A stretch of DNA of 64,000 bases from Pseudomonadales bacterium (GTDB lineage: Bacteria; Pseudomonadota; Gammaproteobacteria; Pseudomonadales; Azotimanducaceae), in assembly GCA_036351555.1 (NCBI GenBank), contig JAZBPI010000156.1, positions 695-64,694 on the forward strand, written 5' to 3'. The position numbers and the translations under genes are program-made. The notes below the pieces were generated by a model, which saw nothing but the letters and a program-made list of their open reading frames with translations, did no database searches and was not told where the DNA came from. Positions 57,595 through 64,000 of the stretch are shown one piece after another; position 1 is the stretch's first letter; each line of letters starts with the position of its first letter.

Positions 57595-58382
57595 CAGTTC
57601 ACCCTGAAGCCGTGGCGCAGGTACAGGGACGCCGCTTCGGGGCCGCTGAGGAATTCGAGCAGGGCGCGCGCTGCCGGGCCATCGTGGCCGGTCACGATGG
57701 CGAGGGGGTAGATGATCGGTGCGTGGGATGCCTCGGGCAGCACGCCGACGACCCTGACCGCGTCCGAGAGGGTCGCGTCGGTGGCGTAGACGATACCCAG
57801 GGGCGCTTCGCCCCGGGCAACCAGCGCCAGGGCGGCACGGACGTTGTCCGCGCGGGCGAGACGAGACGCCAGCACGGGCCACTGCCCCAGGGTCTCGAGG
57901 GCCTGGCGCGCGTAGATGCCCGCGGGCACGTGGTCCGGATCGCCCACGGCGAGACGGTCGTCGCGCCCGAGGCTCGCCGCGAGGTCGTCCAGCCTCGGCG
58001 CGTCCGTTGCGGCCCCGGCGGCGGGCGCGATGACCACGAGCCGGTTCGCGATGGGCCGACGCACGCTGTCGACCGCGATCAGGCCCCGGGTGGCCAGATG
58101 ATCGACCCAGTCCGTACTGGCGGAGAAGTACAGGTCAGCGGGCGCCCCAGCCTCGATCTGCCGGGCCAGCGTCGACGATGCGGCGAAGGACAGGCGCAGG
58201 GGTGGGTGGCCCTTGGCCTGCCAGCGGAGGGCGAGTGCCTCGACCACGTCCGTGAGGCTGGCCGCCGCGAAGAGCGTCAGGGAGGTTTCCTGCGCGCGGG
58301 ACGGTGCCTGCAGGCAGATCAGGATCAACAGGAGCAGGCGCAGCCTGTGCGCGAGAGGGCGACCTGTGGGGCATGGGCTCAT
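57594..58382 (-). CDS. modA: molybdate-binding periplasmic protein
   Basis: Signal peptide then LTLFAAASLTDVV typical of ModA. Confidence 0.9.
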   Translation of the reverse strand: MSPCPTGRPLAHRLRLLLLILICLQAPSRAQETSLTLFAAASLTDVVEALALRWQAKGHPPLRLSFAASSTLARQIEAGAPADLYFSASTDWVDHLATRGLIAVDSVRRPIANRLVVIAPAAGAATDAPRLDDLAASLGRDDRLAVGDPDHVPAGIYARQALETLGQWPVLASRLARADNVRAALALVARGEAPLGIVYATDATLSDAVRVVGVLPEASHAPIIYPLAIVTGHDGPAARALLEFLSGPEAASLYLRHGFRVN

Positions 58383-58430
58383 GCGGCCATGATCGCTGCT
58401 TGCGCGGGGCCAGGCGAGCCCGACCCCGCA

Positions 58431-61400
58431 TCAGCCCTGTTGAAGCCCCGGCGTGGTGGCCAGATCCGGGATGGAGGCGGCGGCATCCATCTCGTCCTCG
58501 AGGGTCTGGGCCGCGGCGGCGCGGGGCCTGGAGAAGCGCGCGATGCCGAGATAGACGATGGGGGTCAGGTAGAGCGTGAAGATGGCGGCGAGGCCGAGAC
58601 CGCCGAACACCACCCAACCGATCGCGTTGCGGGCCTCGGCGCCGGGGCCGGTGGAGAGGATGAGCGGCAGGGCGCCGAACACCGTCGACACCAGGGTCAT
58701 GGCGACCGGCCGCAGACGGACCCGGGCGCTGGTCGCGATGGCTTCGCGCACGCCCGCGCCCTCGTCGCGTAGCTGGTCGGCGAACTCCACGAGAAGGATG
58801 CCGTTCTTGGCGATCAGGCCGATGAGCATCACCAGACCGACCTGGGAGTAGATGTTCAGGGAGGTACCGGTCAGGAACAGGGCGAAGACGGCCGCCGCGA
58901 GCCCGAAGGGCACGATGGCCATGACGACGATGGCGCTGGTGAGGCTCTCGAACTGGGCCACGAGCACCAGGAACACGACCAGCATCGCGAAGCCGTAGGT
59001 CATGAGCGTGTCGCGATTGGACTGCTCGAGCGTCGCGGCTTCGCCGAGGGTGATGATGTCGATGCCCGGTGGAAGCGTTTCCATGGCCACGGCCCGCAGC
59101 TCGTCCACCGCGGCCTGCAGGGGAACGCCCTGGTCGACTTCCACGTCCACGGTGATCGCGCGGCGCTGGGCCTGGCGGTCGAGCTGGCCGGCGACGCCCT
59201 CCTCGACCAGCTCGACGACGCTGGACAGGGGGATCAGGGCGCCGGATGCGGTGCGCACGTAGAGATTCACGAGGTCGCTGGGATCGTCGATGGTGCCCGT
59301 GCCGGCTTCCAGGAGGATGGGCACGGCCTGGTCGCCGACATTCAGATCGATCACGTCGAGGCCGTCGATCATGGCGCGAAGGGTCTGCGCGAGATCCTCC
59401 AGGGGAATGCCGAGATCCGAGGCGCGCCTGCGATCGATGCGGACGGACAGCTGCGGCTGGGTCGGCTGATAGGAGATGCGAGGCCGGCTCACCGTCTCGG
59501 CGTCCGTTTCCAGGCGACCGGCGAAGTCTCGCGCCGCCTCGTAGATCTCGTCGTACTCGTTGCCGACGAGCGCGACACGAACGCCTCCGGTCGCGCCGCG
59601 GATGTTCAGGCTGTTGGAGCTGAACACGCGGGCGCCGGCGCCGGGCAGGTTGCCGAGAATGGGCGCGATCTCCGCGGCCACGTCCTGCTGGCTGCGCGTG
59701 CGCTGATCCCAGGGCGCGAGCGGCGCACTGACGAAGACGACGTTGGGATCGAAGCGGCCGATGACCGTGTAGAGAGACTCCACGACGCCGCTCTCGACGA
59801 GAGGCATGAGGACGTCCTCGATGCGGTCGGCCTGACGTTCCGTGTAGGCGAGTCCGACCCCGTCCGGGCCCCGCGCGAAGACGTTGATCTGCCCTCGATC
59901 CTCCGTCGGCAGGAGTTCCTGATCGAGGGTCTGGTAGAGGCTGCCCGCACCGCCCGCCGCGCCGATGCACAGGATCAGCGCCAGCCAGGGGTGATCGAGG
60001 ACGCCGCCCAGCGAGCGCGCGTAGCTGCCCTGCAGGGACCGGCCGACGCGCTCGAGGAACCGTGTCACGGGCCCGTGCTGCCCCGGCTCTTCCGTCAACC
60101 GTGCGAGGGCTGCGGGCACCAGGGACAGGGCGACGAAGGACGAGATCGCGACCGCCACGGCGAGCACGAAACCGAACTCGCGGAACAGCCGCCCGGCGGT
60201 GCCCGGCAGGAAGGCGATGGGCACGAACACGGCGACGAGCACGGCGGTGGTCGCGACCACGGCGAAGAACACCTGGCGCGTGCCGAGGACGGCGGCGGCA
60301 CTGGCACCGAGGCCCTGATGTCGGCGCCGCTGCACGTTCTCGAGCACGACGATGGCATCGTCGACGATGAGACCGGTGGCGAGCACCAGCGCCAGCAGGG
60401 TCAGGATGTTGATGGAGAAGCCGAGCAGCCAGACGCAGGCCACGGTGCCCAGGAGACACACGGGGATCGCGATGGCGGGGACGAGGGTCAGGCGCATGGA
60501 GCCGGAGAAGACACGGATGGTCGCGATGACCACGAGTACGGCCAGGAACAGACTCAGGAGCACTTCCCGGACCGCACCCTTGATGAAGGTGGAGTTGTCC
60601 GAGATCTTGATCAGCTCGAGATCCGTGAAGCGCTGGTTCAGACGTTCGATGGCGCGATCGACGCCCGCCGCGATCTCGATCGTGTTCGATCCGGCCTGGC
60701 GCACCACGCCGAGGCCGATGACGCGTTGGCCGTCGAGGCGGACGAAGGACTCCGCGTCCGCCGGGGCGAAGGCCACGTCGGCGACATCGCCCACACGGAT
60801 GTTCGCGCTGATGATGGTCGCGGCGATCTCCGCCTCGGTGATCACCGAGGCGTCGGCGCGCACGAGCAGGTCCTGGTCGCCGACACTGAAGCTTCCGGCC
60901 GGGACGTCCAGCGGCGCCTGGCGCAGCACGTTGGCGACGTCGGTGACCGTGAGGCCGTAGCTGGTCAGGCGCAGGGGGTCGACGATGACCCGCAGGACGC
61001 GCTGGCGGTTGCCGAAGAGGGGCACGTCGGCGACCCCGTCGAGGGAGATGAACTCGGGAACGATGTCCTGCTCGACGATGCGGGTGAGGGCCTCTTCGCT
61101 GTAGCGGGAGCTGACGACCGCGACGCGGACGATCTCCTCGGCATCCTCGTCCGCCTTGAAGACGGAGAGCTGCTCGACGTCGGCGGGAAGCTGGCGGGTC
61201 ACGCGGCTGACCGCTTCACGAACGTCGGCGGCGGCGCGGTCCAGATCTACGCCCGGTCTGAATTCCACCCGGATCCGTGCGTTGTTCTCCTCGCTGGACG
61301 AATTGATCTCCTGAACGCCGGACACGCGCGCCACGGCGCCCTCGACGATGCTGGTCACCTCGGCGTCCATGGTTTCCGGCGAGGCGCCGGGGTAGTTGAC

Positions 61401-61586
61401 GCGCACGCTGACGATCGGCCGATCGACGTTGGGCAGTTCGCGTACCTCCACCGCCATGATGGCGGCGAGGCCGGCGATCGCGATGAGCAGGTTCATGACG
61501 AGCACCAGCCAGGGCCGTCGGACGCCCAGGGCCGGAAGGTCGTCGTGGCTCGCTTGCACGGCGGGACGGGCGTCGGCGTTGCTCAT
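58431..61586 (-). CDS. RND efflux transporter permease (AcrB-like)
   Basis: 1051 aa, 12-TM pattern, start trimmed to MSNADARP. Confidence 0.9.
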   Translation of the reverse strand: MSNADARPAVQASHDDLPALGVRRPWLVLVMNLLIAIAGLAAIMAVEVRELPNVDRPIVSVRVNYPGASPETMDAEVTSIVEGAVARVSGVQEINSSSEENNARIRVEFRPGVDLDRAAADVREAVSRVTRQLPADVEQLSVFKADEDAEEIVRVAVVSSRYSEEALTRIVEQDIVPEFISLDGVADVPLFGNRQRVLRVIVDPLRLTSYGLTVTDVANVLRQAPLDVPAGSFSVGDQDLLVRADASVITEAEIAATIISANIRVGDVADVAFAPADAESFVRLDGQRVIGLGVVRQAGSNTIEIAAGVDRAIERLNQRFTDLELIKISDNSTFIKGAVREVLLSLFLAVLVVIATIRVFSGSMRLTLVPAIAIPVCLLGTVACVWLLGFSINILTLLALVLATGLIVDDAIVVLENVQRRRHQGLGASAAAVLGTRQVFFAVVATTAVLVAVFVPIAFLPGTAGRLFREFGFVLAVAVAISSFVALSLVPAALARLTEEPGQHGPVTRFLERVGRSLQGSYARSLGGVLDHPWLALILCIGAAGGAGSLYQTLDQELLPTEDRGQINVFARGPDGVGLAYTERQADRIEDVLMPLVESGVVESLYTVIGRFDPNVVFVSAPLAPWDQRTRSQQDVAAEIAPILGNLPGAGARVFSSNSLNIRGATGGVRVALVGNEYDEIYEAARDFAGRLETDAETVSRPRISYQPTQPQLSVRIDRRRASDLGIPLEDLAQTLRAMIDGLDVIDLNVGDQAVPILLEAGTGTIDDPSDLVNLYVRTASGALIPLSSVVELVEEGVAGQLDRQAQRRAITVDVEVDQGVPLQAAVDELRAVAMETLPPGIDIITLGEAATLEQSNRDTLMTYGFAMLVVFLVLVAQFESLTSAIVVMAIVPFGLAAAVFALFLTGTSLNIYSQVGLVMLIGLIAKNGILLVEFADQLRDEGAGVREAIATSARVRLRPVAMTLVSTVFGALPLILSTGPGAEARNAIGWVVFGGLGLAAIFTLYLTPIVYLGIARFSRPRAAAAQTLEDEMDAAASIPDLATTPGLQQG

Positions 61587-61596
61587 GGCAGGGTGC

Positions 61597-62730
61597 TCAG
61601 CCGTCCGCGGCCGGGGCCATGAGGACGCCCCGGGCGTCCCGCGCCAGGGCGCTCGGATCCATGGCGCGCACGGCGATGCCGTCGCGCATGGACTGGACGC
61701 CCTCGCCGACGACCATCTCACCGGCCTCGAGCGCGGCGTTCACGAGCACGCGACCGCCGAGGCGCTGGACGATGTTCGCCGGAACACGACGCACGGCGCC
61801 CTCCTCGGCGACCCAGACGAAGGCACCGTCGGCCCCCCACTGGACGGCGACCTCGGGGACGGCCGGATACTGGGCGCCGCGGAGATCGAGGTTGACGCGG
61901 AAGCTCATGCCCGGGCGCAGGACATCGTCGGGGTTGGGCACCTCCGCACGCGCGACGAAGGCGCGCGAGGCGGGATCGATGCGGGAACCGATGTCGACCA
62001 CGGTGCCCGTCGCCCGGGTGCGTTCCGCAGACCAGGCCTCGATCTCGATGGGATCGCCGCGCGTGACCCGGGCGATGAAGGCTTCCGGGACGTCGAAGCT
62101 CACGAGCAGCGCGGTGCGGTCGTCTAGGGTGGTGATCTGGGTCGCCGGATCGACCCGATCCCCGGCGTCGATATCCGTGATGCCGACATAGCCATCGAAG
62201 GGTGCGGTGACATAGCGGCGCTCGAGGGCGACACGGGCCCGGTCGCGCTCGATGCGTGCGGTCTGCAGCGCCGTACGTGTGGCGTCGACCGTGGTCTCGG
62301 GGACGGTGCGCTCCCCGCGGCGATTGGCGGCCGTGTAGCGATCCATGAGCTGCTGGGCATCGGCCAGGCGGACGTCCGCGAGCTCCAGGGCCAGTTTCTG
62401 GTCGCGGGCATCCAGCTCGACGAGCACGGTGCCCGCCGTCACCCGGTCTCCCGGGCTGAAGTGGAGCGCGACGACTTCGCCGGCGGCTTCGGCGAACAGG
62501 GAGACGGACTTCAGGGCCCGTGCGGTGCCGACCGCCTCGATGCGCGTGCGCTGGGTCTCGAGACTCACCGGTTCGACCACCACGGGCACGGGGCCGCGCC
62601 CGCCGCGGCGCGCATCCTGGGACGGCGCTTCGCTGCAGGCGGCCATCAGGACGAGCAGGCCCGCCAGGGCAAGCTGCCAGGGTCGATCCTTGCCAGAGGA
62701 CGCCGCGTCCCGCGAATGTCTGCCTTGCAT
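61597..62730 (-). CDS. RND membrane-fusion (periplasmic adaptor) lipoprotein
   Basis: Lipobox LMAACS; coiled-coil/beta-barrel MFP pattern; 10 nt upstream of the RND gene. Confidence 0.85.
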   Translation of the reverse strand: MQGRHSRDAASSGKDRPWQLALAGLLVLMAACSEAPSQDARRGGRGPVPVVVEPVSLETQRTRIEAVGTARALKSVSLFAEAAGEVVALHFSPGDRVTAGTVLVELDARDQKLALELADVRLADAQQLMDRYTAANRRGERTVPETTVDATRTALQTARIERDRARVALERRYVTAPFDGYVGITDIDAGDRVDPATQITTLDDRTALLVSFDVPEAFIARVTRGDPIEIEAWSAERTRATGTVVDIGSRIDPASRAFVARAEVPNPDDVLRPGMSFRVNLDLRGAQYPAVPEVAVQWGADGAFVWVAEEGAVRRVPANIVQRLGGRVLVNAALEAGEMVVGEGVQSMRDGIAVRAMDPSALARDARGVLMAPAADG

Positions 62731-62845
62731 GACCTGTCCCGTTCTCGTGATGGATGACGCATGCACCGGGGGCGCAGCCCCGGGCGGCGCCTTTCGGCGG
62801 CGCCGTAGTCTAGACCAGATCCCCCTGCCTGTCTCGCTTTGTCTC

Positions 62846-62855
62846 GGACATGTCC
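62846..62855. promoter_or_regulatory. perfect 10-bp palindrome GGACATGTCC, flanked by direct repeat TGTCTCG x2 and CCTGTC/GACAGG arms
   Basis: Read directly in the divergent MFP / P450 intergenic region (62826-62866). Confidence 0.35.
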
Positions 62856-63029
62856 AGGACAGGCCGGCGCCGGCGCGAGGGTCCATGAACGACAAGTCTG
62901 CGCCGCACCGGGGAACCCGTCGACGAGATTCCGGGGAGAAATCGTGAAGCCTGCAGGCGGAGGGCTCAGGGGGCGGGCATGGGTATCATCGGTTTCCCGA
63001 GCCCATCGGTCACCCTTCGGAGCCGTCCC

Positions 63030-64000
63030 ATGAATTCCGTTCCCTCGTCGCCGGAGCTGGACAATGCCCTCGTCGATCCCGTCACCTGGTCCGACGAGGA
63101 CCTGATCCATCGCTACCTGGCCTGGCTGCGCGCCCACGACCCGGTGCGGCGCATCGCGCCGGACGGTTACGAACCCTTCTACGCGATCACCCGTCATGCG
63201 GACGTGATGGCCGTCGAGCGCGACAAGGAAGGGTTCATCAACGATCCGCGGCCCACGCTCGCGCCGACCATGATCACGGACGCGATCACCCAGCTGACCG
63301 GTCGCAGGCATCTGGTGCGCTCCCTGGTGCAGATGGACGATCCGGACCACATGAAGTACCGCCTGCTCACGGCGAGCTTCTTCACCCGGCAGAAGCTCGA
63401 GGCCATGAAGACGACCGTCGAGGCGCTGGCGAAGCACTACGTCGACCGCATGGCGGAGTTCGGGGGGGAATGCGACTTCGTCCGTGACGTGGCGATCTGG
63501 TATCCGCTCCGGGTGGTGATGTCCGTGCTCGGCGTGCCGCCGGAGGACGAGCCGCTGATGATGAAGCTCACCCAGGAGCTGTTCGGCTCCACGGATCCGG
63601 ACGTGCAGCGCTCCTTCGACCTGATGGCGATCGGTGACGTCGTCAAGGACTTCGAGGCGTACTTCGCGGAGCTCTCTGCGGATCGCCGCGCACACCCGCG
63701 GGACGACATGGCCACGATCATCGCCAATGCGCAGATCGACGGTCAGCCGATTCCCGATCTCGAAGCCGCGGGCTACTACATCATCGTCGCCACCGCCGGG
63801 CACGACACGACCTCGTCGAGCACTGCCGGTGGCCTGCTGGCGCTCATGGAGCATCCCGGGGAGCTCGAGAAACTGCGCGCCGATCCTGGCAAGCACGTCG
63901 CGGGGGCGGTCGAGGAGATGATTCGCTGGGTCTCGCCGGTGCGGCACTTCATGCGCACGGCGACCCGCCCGCAGGTCCTCCGTGGTCAGGAAATCGAAGC
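63030..64000 (+). CDS. cytochrome P450 (3' end beyond window)
   Basis: My own translation from ATG 63030. I-helix ATAGHDTTSS, ExxR EEMIRW; frame is open to the window end, so it is absent from the ORF track. Confidence 0.85.
   Translation, partial: MNSVPSSPELDNALVDPVTWSDEDLIHRYLAWLRAHDPVRRIAPDGYEPFYAITRHADVMAVERDKEGFINDPRPTLAPTMITDAITQLTGRRHLVRSLVQMDDPDHMKYRLLTASFFTRQKLEAMKTTVEALAKHYVDRMAEFGGECDFVRDVAIWYPLRVVMSVLGVPPEDEPLMMKLTQELFGSTDPDVQRSFDLMAIGDVVKDFEAYFAELSADRRAHPRDDMATIIANAQIDGQPIPDLEAAGYYIIVATAGHDTTSSSTAGGLLALMEHPGELEKLRADPGKHVAGAVEEMIRWVSPVRHFMRTATRPQVLRGQEIE

Noticed and set aside
58383-58430. Moco riboswitch or ModE operator upstream of modA
   Set aside because: The spacer is only 48 nt and shows no conserved Moco-motif features or TATAT-N7-TAYAT-type ModE box.
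58135-60459. 774-aa ORF in an alternative frame over modA and the RND transporter
   Set aside because: The product is Arg/Pro/Gly-rich nonsense, and the true RND frame (58431-61586) has canonical transporter features.

Overview
GC-rich gammaproteobacterial chromosomal segment (third codon positions are almost always G/C). It is densely coding: about 62 protein genes and 1 tRNA. I found no rRNA, CRISPR array, intact IS element or prophage. CDS coordinates include the stop codon. Many ORF-track entries are over-extended at the N-terminus or are antisense artefacts of high GC, so I trimmed starts using RBS, stop/start overlap and homology logic.

Left ~35 kb is conserved housekeeping backbone. 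From memory, its order mirrors Pseudomonas-type synteny:
- speE-speD, dusB-fis, purH-purD, coq7, OsmC-crp.
- trpC-trpD-trpG-trpE, with a readable Trp-containing leader peptide and attenuator hairpin upstream of trpE.
- gph-rpe.
- murU-amgK, divergent from a tightly coupled string lptD-surA-pdxA-rsmA-apaH-cca-(FolM-like reductase).
- folB-tsaD, divergent from rpsU-yqeY-dnaG-rpoD, followed by a tRNA(CAU).

Right ~29 kb is more accessory:
- an alpha2-type glyQS flanked by two 15-bp tandem arrays;
- a four-gene acyl-CoA ligase / SDR / APH-type kinase / AttH-like cluster;
- rlmJ, two cytochrome P450s and a TonB-dependent receptor with a Fur-like box;
- a catalytically dead integron-integrase-like ORF facing a run of small unrelated genes;
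- modABC directly behind an MFP-RND efflux pair.

I do not see an unambiguous, self-evident new multi-gene system. The best candidates for follow-up are:
1. the Lva-like kinase cluster that lacks an acyl-CoA dehydrogenase (40.7-45.8 kb);
2. the fossil integron integrase and its neighbourhood (51.2-55.8 kb);
3. the glyQS locus, with its unannotated 59-aa ORF and the tandem arrays.

All functional calls rest on motif recognition by eye, not on database searches.
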